From positions 1-64,000 of the forward strand of contig JBBPEB010000007.1 in NCBI GenBank assembly GCA_039096225.1: a stretch of DNA of 64,000 nucleotides. Reading direction: 5' to 3'. How positions within the stretch are numbered: the first letter of the stretch is position 1; every line of letters begins with the position of its first letter. The notes under the pieces were generated by a model. That model was not told where the DNA came from. It made no database searches and worked only from the letters and a program-made list of their open reading frames with translations. The stretch comes from Blastocystis sp. Blastoise (taxonomy: Eukaryota; Protista; Bigyra: Opalinata). The translations under genes and the position numbers were made by a program. Shown here in pieces: positions 39,480 to 54,759 of this stretch.

Positions 39480-41522
39480 ATGAGTTCTCAAACAACCTTA
39501 GATACATGTTGTATATATTAAAAATTTTTTTTTGTTTCTAGTACAATAGACTATTTCATTATATATGTTTTATTTTAGTAGCTGATGAAAAAGCAACAAA
39601 AACAGAGTCTCCAATCGAGTGTTCTGATCATTCTGTTGAAAAGAAAGAAGTTGAGATGAATGTTAAAACAGAAATCAAAGAAGAAAGTAAACCCTCTGTT
39701 AAGGAAGAACAAAAAACTGAAGAGAAATCTGAAACTGAAATCAAACAAGAAAAAAGTATATATAGCATTATTATTATTTGTATTAATTGTATCTAAATGT
39801 TATTGACTATTATATATATATATATAGAACCTTATTATATTGGATGTCATACAAGTATAGCTGGAGGTTTATATAATGCAGCGAAAGAAGCGTCGTATTT
39901 AGGTGCTAATGCATTTGCACTCTTCTTAAAGTATATAGAATTATTTATATGAATAATCATAATATTATTATTTTAATTATAGTTGTGTTATTATATTTTT
40001 TATTTTTATAATTATAGTTGTGTTATTTTGTATTTTAATGTTATATTATAGTTGTATTATTATAGTTTTATTGTTATAATTATATTATTATTGTTATAAA
40101 TATATTGTTATTATTAGTTCTATAATTATACTTAATATTAAAACTATATATAGATCTCAAAAACAATGGGTAATGAAAGATATAGAAGAAGCAGATATTA
40201 AAGCATTCCAAAAAGAATGTCAAAAGAAAAGTATATTCTGTTTTTTATTCCATTATTATTACTCTTTTAATTATTATATAATTATATTAGTTTTGTGTAT
40301 TTATGTATTAGAGAATTTATTATATATTATGTAGAATATTTTTTTTATTAATTATATATATACATATATGTATATAGATATTCCTATGGAGGCCATTCTT
40401 CCTCACGCTAGTTACCTGTCGAATCTCGGTCAACCCGATAACGAGAAGAGAATGAAGAGTCAAGAAGCCTTTCTTGGGGAGGTGAAACGGGCAGAAGATC
40501 TTGGATTATTATATATTAATATTCATCCGGGTATGTTTATTGTTATTATGTTTATGTTTATGTTATTTATGTTTATTATTATTATTATTCTATTTTATAA
40601 TATATCTCAAGTCAATCAAATATTGAATAATATACATATTGTTTCTACTCTCTTTTATATACATGTTAATATATATATATATAGGATCTTCTACAGGTAA
40701 ATGTGATAGTGATGTCAGTATAAATCACATCGCCAACTGTATTAACGAAATACTTAAACAGACACATTCTGTTACTATCGTATATATATATTTATATTTA
40801 TTATTATTCTATTTATAATTATATATATATAATACTAATAATATATATAATAGGTTTTAGAGAATACAGCTGGAGCCGGAGGTACTATTGGAGTCAGTTT
40901 CAAACAAATTAATAGCATTATTAAAAAAGTTACAGATAAGACAAGAATAGGTGTTTGTATTGACACGTGTCATGCACATGCTTCAGGAATGAATTTAGCA
41001 AAGCCAGGATGTCTCTCTTCTCTTCTTGATTCCTTTGATAAAGAAATAGGTATTCATTATTTAAAAGGAATGCATCTTAATGACTCTATGGGTATATAAT
41101 GGTTATATATTTTTTATTTTATATATTTATTTAATTATATATATTTCATTTATTATATATATTTATTTTATTATTTTTTTTATTTTATTATATTTATTTT
41201 TTTATTTTATTATATTTATTTTATTATATATATTTCATTTATATACATATTTTATTATATATAATTATGTATATAATTTCTTCTCTTTACCCTCTACTGT
41301 TATTTCTTAGATATTTGCGGGAATAAAAAGGACCGTCATGCTCCCCTCGGTAACGGTACAATCGGTTTAGAAACATTCCGCGCCATTGTGAATGATGATC
41401 GTTGTCGCGGTATTCCTCTTATTCTAGAAACGCCTGGATCTAGAACGAATAAAACAAACACATATAATGATCAAAATTGGGCATATGAAATCGAATTATT
41501 AAGACAATTACAAGTATATAGT

Positions 41523-41553
<31 letters not shown>

Positions 41554-42051
41554 ATGTTTATTATGTTTATTATTATTATTATTATTATTATTTATTATAT
41601 TTATTATGTTTATTATTATGTTTATTATTATGTTTATTATTATGTTTATTATTATTATTATTATTATATTAATAAATAAATATATATAGGGAAAAGAAAC
41701 TGTACCATCAGATATAACGACAACTGTAAAGAACATTCTTAAGAATCGTGACGAGCCAGTGGTCAGTGATGATGAAGATCTTTTCGATAATAAGCCAATG
41801 AAAAAAGCACGTAAAACTGTAAAGAAACCTGCTATATCAAAGAAAGTAACGAAAAAAGAAGCTGAGAATGATGATAAAGAAGAAGAAGAAGAAGAAGAAG
41901 AAGAAGAAGAAGAAAAGCCAAAGAAAACGATCAAAAGAAAAGCAGCTCCTAGTATATATATAAAACATACTCTATTTGATACATGTACTATTTTATTATA
42001 TATTTGTAGAAAAAACTGCTAAAAAAACCAAGAACAGCAAGTCAAAAAAGT

Positions 42052-42089
<38 letters not shown>

Positions 42090-42119
42090 TCAATATCTCT
42101 CCAATCAGATGATGAATAA
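39480..42119 (+). CDS. APN1: AP endonuclease family 2 (endonuclease IV/Apn1) with charged low-complexity termini, multi-exon
   Basis: IGCHTSIAGG, PHASYLSNLG, IHPGS, VLENTAG, CIDTCHAHASG, MHLNDS, DRHAPLG, PLILETP. Confidence 0.92.
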
Positions 42120-42487
42120 ACTATTTATTCATATTCTATTCTTCTAATTTAATTATAATTTTCATTTCCTTTTCATTTAAAAATATATATATTTTTCATG
42201 TATCTACATATGTATCCACATCATTTATATTATATTTATTTCTGATTAACAATAAAAATTTAATTTATGATCTTCTTAAATAACATAATCAATTAAAATA
42301 TTTGCTTTTGTCACTTCACTCTATTTAATATGCATTTAACTCGTACCAATATACACATTTACCAAATTTTCTTTATTAAACTGCTTATTTCACTTCATAA
42401 TGAAATAAACCTTTCATTCTACAAAGCAATAAATACATTGTGATGGAACAAAAATATCATTATAATGAAATAATAGATAAAAATACA

Positions 42488-42680
42488 AAAAGTGCCTGAA
42501 AATGGCTGAGAATTCATTTTTGTGTGAAGAACAACTGTCATTTTGGCATCGCCATCCTCTTCCCATAGAAAGAACCCTACCTCGGAAGAGATTCACTGTA
42601 CGGCTTGAACCCAAAAAACATAAAACTGGCTCTTTTCCATAATCTGTATCCCAAGAGAGTTTTCATGACGAATACTTGAA
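42488..42680 (-). ncRNA. Candidate structured RNA, family member 2 (~40% GC island)
   Basis: TTGGGTTCAAGCCGTA...GAGGTA...TGGCGATGCCAAA, CTCTTCC/GGAAGAG stem, complementary termini, ends in a T-run. Confidence 0.45.
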
Positions 42681-42771
42681 AAACTTCCAGTAAATCAGGT
42701 TTTATTTTTCTGTGTTTACATTTGTTATTCGTTATTGTTGTGGTTTTCTTGTTAATTCAAATATATTATTC

Positions 42772-44132
42772 ATGGAAACCATTTTGAAACTATTTGTCGC
42801 AATTATAAGGTATTTAATTAATAATTAATAGACAATTAATGCAATTAATAGTAATGTGATTATTTATATTGTATTATTTGTTGTTTTAACATTGATTTAT
42901 TGGAGGCAGATATATTTTCCTAAAAGAAAATACACAAATAAGAATAGAAAAGGACTTACAATAGGTGTTTTCCATCCTTATGCCAATGCAGGCGGTGGTG
43001 GCGAAAAGGTTTTATGGGTTGTGTTGAAAGCATTAGAAGAATTATCAAAGTATATATATATTTATTTATTTATTCTTGTTATTTAAATTATTCATTTTAG
43101 GAATTATCCAATAAATGTGTTGTTGTATACTGGAGATAAAGAATCTTTATTAGAAATGCTTGAGAAAACAAATTCAATTTTTCATATTGATATTGATACA
43201 AATATTTTACCCATTAAAGTGATATATCTACAAAAACGTGATCTCATTGAACCCTCAAGGTATATATATACATAGATATACTGAGCAATTGAACCTTTGT
43301 ATTATTACGTATTCTTTATTAAAAGAATTATTTTGGTTTTATAATAGTATTATAATATTTGTTTAATAATAACATTCTATATTTTTTTTATGAAAATGAT
43401 ATGACTATGTATTCTATAATAATATTATTAATATAATAATTCTGAATAAACTATATTGTTTTCATTAGTATAATACTACTATATATATATAGATACCCTC
43501 ATTTTACTATACTATGTCAATCCTTAGGATCAATAGTTTTAGGATTTGAAGCTCTTTCTCTTGCTGTTCCTGATATATTCCTTGATACTATCGGTATATA
43601 GATATATATAAAGTATATTATGTTGTATTAGAAAAAATAATATTATTAAATTATATCTATATATATAATTCTATTGTTATAACTAGAAAATAAGAATGAA
43701 ATAATAATTATTATTATTACTATATATATATATATATAGGTTTAGGGTTTACTTACCCTCTAGCCAAGTATATATGTTGTTGTAAAGTGATAACCTATAC
43801 TCATTATCCAATTATATCGACAGATATGCTGGAAAGAGTACAAAATAGAGAATCAGCTGTGAATAATAATATTGCTATTTCAAATAGTCCATTCTTATCT
43901 ACTATGAAACTCATGTATATTATTATTATTATTATATATAAGATCAATTTTATTTATATTTCCCTATAAATGATTTCTCTATTTATTATCTATACTAATA
44001 TAGTTATTATTATATGTTTGCTTCCCTTTATAAAATGGCGGGAAGATGTGCAGATCTAGTATTTGCTAATAGCACATTTACATATAATAATCTTATTACA
44101 CTGTGGAATATGCCCAATAGTATATATATATA

Positions 44133-44213
<81 letters not shown>

Positions 44214-45248
44214 GAAACCATACGATTATATCCTCCCTGTGATGTAGACCCATTTGAGTCTTTTTCTGTGGATTCCCGTGAGAATATTATTCTTTCTATA
44301 GGTCAATTCCGTCCTGAAAAAGATCATAAGAAACAATTACTTGCCTTCAGAAGATTCCTAGATAATAGTATATCTATATATAACTCTTTTTATAATTCTT
44401 TCATGATATTATTATATTATAATTCTTTATTTATTTGAATACATTATGATATATATACTATAGAATTATTCATTAGTTTATTCTATTTTATTCTATATTT
44501 ACATATATATATTTATTTATATTTATTATATATCTATATATATATAGATGATGAATATAGTGATATGAGATTAGTATTAATTGGTGGCGCTCGAAATAAA
44601 GAGGATAAAGAGAGAGTGGAGCAACTAAAACAATTAGTTAATGAATTAGATATGAATAACAAAGTCATCTTTGAAGTCAATGTATAGTATTATAGGTTTA
44701 TTATATGTTTATTATATATTTATTATATATTTATTATATGTTTATTATATGTTTATTATATACTTATTATTATGTTTATTATGTTTATTATATCTATTAT
44801 TAACATTATTAATTATATTTATTATATATTTATTATTATATAGGCTCCTTTCGACACTCTACTTCGCTATATGCAGACATCTCTTATAGGTATACATACT
44901 ATGAGAAAAGAACACTTTGGTATCTCTATTGTCGAAATGATGGCTTCAGGATTGATTATGATTGGTCATAATTCTGGAGGTCCAAAAGATGATATTATTG
45001 TTCCTGCATATCCCCCTCATTTCTTAACGGTATCTCCTATTGCTAAATCTCCAAGTGAAACACAAATCGAAGCATGCGGATTCTTAGCGGAAACCGTTAA
45101 TGAATATAGTGACACTATTGAATACATAGTGACGCATCCTAACATTCGAAACACAATCATTAAGAATGCTCGAAATAAAGTGAATTCTTTTTCAACAGAA
45201 GAATTTATTAAACAATTTAATCTTATTTTTGAAAATTATCTCAAATAA
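42772..45248 (+). CDS. ALG11: Alpha-1,2-mannosyltransferase ALG11, multi-exon
   Basis: [67 protein letters not shown]. Confidence 0.95.
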
Positions 45249-45787
45249 ATATATATAATATATATATAATATATTCTTTTTTTTTAACCAAATAAATATA
45301 TTCCTTATGTCTATTTTACTTTTATTTATATATTAATGTTTTATTTTTAATTATCTATTACATATATATATACATTTATTTATTTAGTTTTATTTCCTAT
45401 TTTATTGTTCATGAGTAATCTTTATATATATATGAATTATTTTGTTAATTTTATCATTATTATTTACGCAATAGACCATTTACATAAAATAATTATATAT
45501 ATTTCATTAATATTGAAATATCCTCATCTATTCATGTATCAATATACACAATTATGATTCTATATAATAATAGAATAGTTTCTCAATATCAAAAAACATT
45601 TCATATATCATCTTTCAATATAATATAATACTTATTTCTTATAGCTATTGGAATTAATTAGCAAAACAATAACAATTCAATTCAGTTATAATTATAATAT
45701 AAGAAATAATTAATATTAAATATATATAGTTTGAAATAAGTATATACATATTATAGTTGAAATAAAATAATCTATATAATTTTCATT

Positions 45788-46656
45788 TTATATTTCTTCT
45801 TCTCTTTCCATGACTTCAGGAGCAAAAGAAACAAGATAAATAGTACCTAATGATTTAGGATTATCTCCATTATTATAAGCAGTGACTTCACAATTAAAAC
45901 CCGAAGAAACTAAAATACCATGAATAATACCAGCACAATAAGCACAACAATTCAATTCACCTAAATCCTATATAAATAATATATTTAATATATAATATAT
46001 AAAATAATATATTTAATATAATAATAAAAAACAAAAATATAATAATAAAAAACAAAAATATAATAATAAAAAACAAAAATATAATAATAAAAAACAAAAA
46101 TATTATAATAAAACAAAAAAATATAATAATACAATAATATACTTTAGGGACACTTATATATTTATTAAATAAAGGATTTTTATCGGTTATAAAGAAATCA
46201 TTTTTATTTTCAGAACTTGTATCTAAAGAATCAGCATTTTTTCCAAATAAATATTGCCAACAAACAGTAGAAACAAATTGAAGAGCATCTGATATTCTAT
46301 TCAATCGTGTTGAAGTCTTGTTTCGTAAAGAAATTAATTCAACAACTTTATAACCTACATTAAATCCACATTGATTTAATCTATATATATTGAAATAGAA
46401 AAAAAGTCATTTTTATGTATATTCACGTTTGAAATTAATAAAAAATATAATAATATTGAATTATCAACATGAAATTTTTAAAAAAATACTTTTGTTCTAA
46501 ACCTTGAACTCCTGATGTTCTTCTACGTTGATAGCTCACTAGAGCACTGAATAAATATCCAAATGTACTATCGTTAATTGTAAAGTTATTTGATGTTAAA
46601 GGCTTTGATAAAATGGAATCATCTCCTCTTTTAGAAAAATGTATTTGTGAATCCAT
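45788..46656 (-). CDS. TRAPPC5: TRAPP subunit 5 (Trs31), 3 exons
   Basis: FGYLFSALVSY, WQYLFGKNADSL, YISVPK, LNCCAYCAGIIHGIL...FAPEVMERE. Confidence 0.9.
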
Positions 46657-47993
46657 AATTATACGTATTAAAAGATGTTTAAGAAAGAATAAAAAGATAC
46701 ACTTTTTATATTAAATTGAATTTTCAAGATTATTGTGAGTTACAAAGGTCTAAAATCAAAATAACGTTGTTTATTGTCGAAATTCATTTTTTATTTTTAT
46801 TCAATGATGCATTTCTATATTTCTCTGTTTTTAGAGATTTCTAATATTTTGCCATTCATTTACAGCCATACAATAAGCAAATATTTTTATTATAAGAACG
46901 TATTATAATATCATTAGGTTGTATGTTCTCGAGTATCTTTATTAATAATGTTTTTATTGTTTAGAAGAGTTCTTCATATCCATCAATACATACTATTCGG
47001 AACAAAAATCAAAAGAAAAGAAAACGCTTTAATGTTTTATATATAAAACAAAAATAAATAAAAAACAAATACTAGATATAGAAGAGCTTTATAAAGATGA
47101 TAAATAATTAATAACAGAAATACTATTTGCTTTCCAACAACAAAATATAAGTCAAGAAAAGAAAAAAAAACAAATAACAATTTTAAAAAAACTTTATAAA
47201 ATAATAGTAAATAAACAATATTTTAACAATATATTCGTTAAATTTTTTAAATTAAATAATTAAGAAAATATATATATATTTAAAAAATGTAAATATAGTA
47301 TATACATAGTATATAAAACTATACTTATTCTTTAAATAATAATTAATTTTGGCATAATGAAAAAAGAAATAACAATGATAATATATTATAAACAGAACAA
47401 ATTTTAAAAAAAGAATGTAATATGAACAACATAATGGATAAGAATTACTTTATAAATAAAAGATAATATATCAATATATATACATTTACGATAATAAAAA
47501 CGAAATATTATTAAAATGAAAAAAAAAATAATAAAATAATTTTAAAAAAAATAATGAATGCGAATTAAGAATGTAAATAAAAAAAAAAGAAAAAAGAAAT
47601 CAATAATATAAGAAATTATTGATATATAGAGAGAAATAGAACAATGAAAAACTGAATATAATAAAATATTTAACAAAAAAAAAGTAAATATATATATATA
47701 TATATAGTTGAAGAATGAATTCAAATGAATATTATGGAAAAACAATGAACTCGAAAAAAAACTAGTAATAAATATAAATAGAAAACAACAGGAAATAAGA
47801 CAGTAAGAGAAAGGATAGTAATAAATTACAGAGATAGACAGTATTTAGTTGAAAATAATAAAGTATGTTACAAAAGGAATCATATATAGATATATAGATA
47901 TATATATTTGAATATATATATAATATATTTTAAAAAATGAATATATATAATAATATATATAGAATATATAAATCATATAAATAAGATATATAT

Positions 47994-50155
47994 TTATTGT
48001 CTAATAAAAACTTCTATATCTTCTACTTTAAAGAATGATTTCGATTGTTTAGGTTCTAGATCTATATATAGACTTGATTTATAAATAGGATGTTGTTCAT
48101 AGACAGGATCTTGATCATCAAACATAATATGACTATAACTATTACTATTACAATCATCACTGATACAAATACCACAATTAAAACAAGGACCCCAATTCCT
48201 ATTATACCGAAGAGCATCATATTTCTGATTATTCTTATATTGAGAAGGAACAATATGATGAGGATTCTGTAACGTAAATAAAAACGCATTCTTATCATAT
48301 ATACTAGTCCAATCTATAGTGATATTATATAGTTTATATTATAGTATTATAGTATTATATTATATTATATTATATTATATTATATTATATTATATTATTT
48401 ATGTTATTTTATTATATAATAATTATTATATAATAATTATTATATAAAAATAAATAAAATATATAAATAATATAAATAATATAACACAACTATCATCATT
48501 CAATCTTAACAAATAAACTTATTATATACCTTTATCTTCAGTGGATTTCCATCCCACTTGTGAATAGCCTCCAAATATACAGGGTATTTTATTACTATAG
48601 CATTTCACTATAAGAATCGTTTCTCCCTTATTATCACAACGGCGATGGAATTCTTTCGATTTATAACCATCGAATCGACCACTATATAAATTATATAACA
48701 TATATTATATAGAATATATAATATAAGCTATATATAACACATTAAAAATATCAATCATTATATAATATTATAAACTACAAAATATATATACGAATAAACA
48801 AGTTTCCATTGTTTGTCCATTCCTGTCCATTCTAATAGTTTCTGTGAATAATAATTAGTTAATAATAAACTTGAAGGAAAAGAGAATTCAGGATGAGGTA
48901 ATACTACACATTGAAGTGTTTGATTCATTGTATCTTGTACGTTATGTACAATTGTCATTGTTTCTTGCATCTTCATATCTTGTTGTTGTAATAAAACTAC
49001 AGCACTATTTTTAATAGTTCCTAAAGACTGATTAACACCTTCATTCTTCTTCTGTATAGCATCTTCTTGAGATTTTAATAATAACTTTGTCTTTTGAGAT
49101 AAATCTGCTATAATATTCTTAATGGATTCCTGATGACTATCCATTCGTTGTTTATGATCTAAAAGAAGGGTTTCTGTTCTCTTTTGAATAGCATTCACTG
49201 TCTGTAATAAACCATCTTTCTGATTCGTCATTATAGACATTTGAGTATTTAATATATTCTCACTATTCGTTTGAAACATAGAAATCGATTCTGTTAACTT
49301 ATCTTTCTCAACTTTTAATGTATTCTCTTCTTGCTTATTCATAGTATCAATAGTACCTTGAAATACTTCAAAAGCTTCTTCTAATATTTGATATTGAGTA
49401 TTCGATTTTTCTTCTTGATCATTCAATCGTTTTGTTGTTGTTGCTTCTACTGTATCCATTGTCTCCACTACAATCTGCTGTATATTCTCCATTTTCTGTT
49501 CTTGATCTTTTAACATAGCTTCAAATTTTGGACGAACACCATATAAAACTTTAGTAACAATATCATTCTGTTTTTGAAATTTATTTTCTTGTTCAATTAA
49601 ACGTTTATCAGTTTTTGAATCTAATGTCTCCGTTTGATTCTTTACATAAGCAATATCTTCTTTTAATTCAATAATATCTTTCTGAATATAATCCATCTGA
49701 TTCTTAATAATATCTAAACATTGCATAAACATATTTTCATGACGTTCATCCACTCTCTTTTGACTTTCAATATAACCAAGTTGAATATCAATTTCTGGAG
49801 GTATAGGAACTCTAAAATATGTCAAATCAGCTTTCAATTCTTCTAATTGTTCTTTTGTTTTTCTATCTAAATTCACATACTTTCCTTCTAAGTACATTAA
49901 TGCAGAACCCATATTAATTTCAGAATAATCAATAAAAACACAACCAGAATCAGTACGTTTTGTCGGATCCATATAATATTCATAAAATAAAGTATTTGGA
50001 TATAATGATAAAGTAGTCACAGGAACATGGAATCGGCCTGTTTGACATTGACCTACAAAAGTAGCTTCACCTGGAATAGCATCTATATGTTCAGAATGAC
50101 TTTGCTGGCTATGAGGAGAACCATCAGTTACACGACTTCTTCTTGAAGAAAACAT
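47994..50155 (-). CDS. BTB-like + coiled-coil + TLDc protein (introns 48682-48791, 48314-48529)
   Basis: TTLSLYPNTLF...GCVFIDY (BTB/T1), long heptad-rich region, WKLVYSGRFDG...FHRRCDNKG...IFGGYS...FLFTLQNPH...VEDIEVF. Confidence 0.85.
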
Positions 50156-50333
50156 AAGATTAGAATGCAATAAAAGTATTTATTCCTAACAACCACGAAT
50201 GAAATGTTTATATTTTTTCTCTTGGAATTCGTTTCACAGAAAAATAAAAAATTTAAACGTTATTTACGATTTTATTTTGGGGAATCTATTTTTTATAGAT
50301 AATCTTTATTAATATTGTGTTTATATCAAACAT

Positions 50334-52169
<1,836 letters not shown>

Positions 52170-52717
52170 TTCTCATTTATTTTATTAAATGAATTATTTA
52201 TTTTATTTCTTATTATTATTGACCTAAATTTATTTTTTTCTTTAAATAATTATATTCTATTATTTTCTGCATATTTTCACTTATTTCTAATAGACTCAAT
52301 ATATATATATTTGTTTTTTTATTTGCCATTTCCTTAAAATATACAATTATATTTAATTATTTATATATATGTTAAAAACAACATTGTTTTAGTAATCACT
52401 TAACAGTTATATCTTTTTATTTATTTGAAATCTTAAAATGAATTCATGTTTTCGTCAATTGTATCAATTCTTTTTTTATATTTTTCAATTGACACAAATT
52501 CAAAACGCTTTGTTTGAATATTTCCTTTAACTTTTTGTGAATTATAAGTTGAAAATTTTTATTAACTCATGAAAAATTAACTAAATAAGAAAATTTATTG
52601 CTTGCTGTCAGACAAATAACTCATTTTCTATAATTTTCTCTAATCCAAGTATATTATTTATAAAAAAATAACATATATTAAAAAAAAATTAATTTTCTAC
52701 CAAAATAACAAAAAGAT

Positions 52718-52791
52718 TGCTCACAACCGGGATCGAACCGGCGACCCCCGCGTTATTAGCACGGTGCTCTGACCGACTGAGCTATGCGAGC
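52718..52791 (-). tRNA. tRNA-Ile(AAT)
   Basis: GCTCGCATAGCTCAGTCGGTCAGAGCACCGTGCT-AAT-AACGCGG...GGTTCGATCCCGGTTGTGAGCA, full cloverleaf. Confidence 0.97.
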
Positions 52792-52976
52792 TTGAATCCT
52801 TATTTTATTTGTCATTATTTATGGTATACTCCATTAATACACTACTGTAATAATTATTTATAATTTTTTATATACTTTCAAATGTCGATATATTATAATT
52901 ATCTCTTTTTTATATTAAAACAAACGCAACAAAATGATTCATCTTCGTCATATATATATATGTTAATACAATAAAA

Positions 52977-54435
52977 TTAATTTTTCTTTCCTAATTTTTT
53001 ATTCTTATTAAAAGAAGCGAGAACGGCGTCCATTGTTGTTGCTCTAAAGCCTCCTTTCTCTAATGCATAGACACCCTCAATAGTAGACCCCCCAGGACTA
53101 CATACTTGATCTCGAAGAACATCTATAAGAAACAGAAGTAATAGCAAGATAACATTAAGAAGTTTTTAAGAATATAAATTGACATTTTAAAATATATATT
53201 ATAGTTAAAATATATATAGAACAATAATAAAATATTGAATAGATATGGAAATGAAGATTGTAAAGTATATTCATATAGAAAATACTTAATTTGATTTATT
53301 TAGATGTTATATATATATATATATAAGACATAAACACTCAAATATACAGGATATATAAAGAGTACAAATAATAAAAAAAAAAGAATAATAATAATAATAT
53401 ATATATATATATACCAGGGTGTTGTTTAGTTTGTAAAACCATTTCAGCACTACCCTTTAACATTTGAGAGGCTAATTGAATCGCCATTTCCCGCGGTAAT
53501 CCAGTAAAAACACCAGCATCCGCAAGAGCATCTATAAACATAAATGCAAAAGCTGGTCCACAACCTGTTAATGTAGTAAATGCTATATATATATATAGAT
53601 TATTTATTACTATTCTATATTATTAGAGTAAATGAAATAGCAATTATTATATAATATATATATATATTTAATTGATCTTATAGACATAAAAATAATGTTA
53701 TGAATACTATTATATGTATATTTATAATAAAAAATGATTCACAATCATAATAAGACTATTCAATATATAACCAAATAAAAGCAATAAACAGTATAATGTA
53801 TTATATAATGATGGTTAACATAAAAACAAGTATTATAATGACTATAATGTACCATCAAGAGAAGATTCAGAGACTGTGAATACTTTTCCTAAAGAAGAAA
53901 ACAGCTGAATAACATGATCTACATGACTTTGTAAAGTAGATTTATGAGCAGATAAACCGAAAATTCCTTCTTTAACAAGACAGGGTGTATTTGGATTCAA
54001 ACGAATAATACCTGCACCTTTTGGAGAAATCTATAGATTTTACGATTCATATATCTTTATCAAAAATTACAGAATCATATAGTGTATCAAGAGTAACTCC
54101 TGCTGCTATTGAAATAAATAATTTGTTAGAAGAGAACGATTCTTCTGATGATAACGGAGATTCAATCATTTGAAGCAATATATGAGGCTTAACGCAAAGA
54201 ACAATGATAGAACAATTATCAACTAATGACTCAATTGAATGAAATTCTTCAATATTCATAGATTTGTAATCATCTCTGTACTTCTCACTTATATGATAAG
54301 CACCAATTTCTTCACTTTTATATGTGTTTGTAGAAACAAATCCCTTGACAATGGCTTTATGGACAATAAATAATATAGATATGAATTCATACCTGTAGCC
54401 ATATTACCGCATCCAATAAATCCGATAGCTTTCAT
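52977..54435 (-). CDS. PYCR: Pyrroline-5-carboxylate reductase, multi-exon
   Basis: [37 protein letters not shown]...[24 protein letters not shown]. Confidence 0.95.
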
Positions 54436-54759
54436 TCTTTAATACTAAATAATTAAAAGAAATCTGTGTTCCTTTGATTTTTTTTAATTAATGTTTAAAT
54501 ATGCATATTTTGTCATTGTTTTTCTGAAATGTTTTATTAAACATAAAATATGTGTCAAATAATGATATTCTTTTATATCAAATATGAAAGATTGAGATGT
54601 CACAAAAAAATATATTCTTGTTTAAATACTGTTTATTATTTACAACATTTATTGTCTAAATCATAGAAATAATTCTATCATATTTATAATTTCAAAAAAA
54701 AAAAATCAGATTTTTAAACCAAAAAATGAGAAGCGTAAATTTTTCATATTGTAATTTCT

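Noticed and set aside
42490-42615. TPP riboswitch (GCTGAGA...TACGGCTTGAAC) or telomerase RNA (AACCCTA)
   Set aside because: The TGAT...TAAT...GCG P4/P5 core is absent and the spacing is wrong. The template match is only one repeat plus 1 nt.
42414-42640. Short ORFs (66 aa minus, 46 aa plus) and a minus frame with one in-frame TGA (selenoprotein)
   Set aside because: Codon usage is unlike the host genes, and there is no redox motif or evident SECIS.
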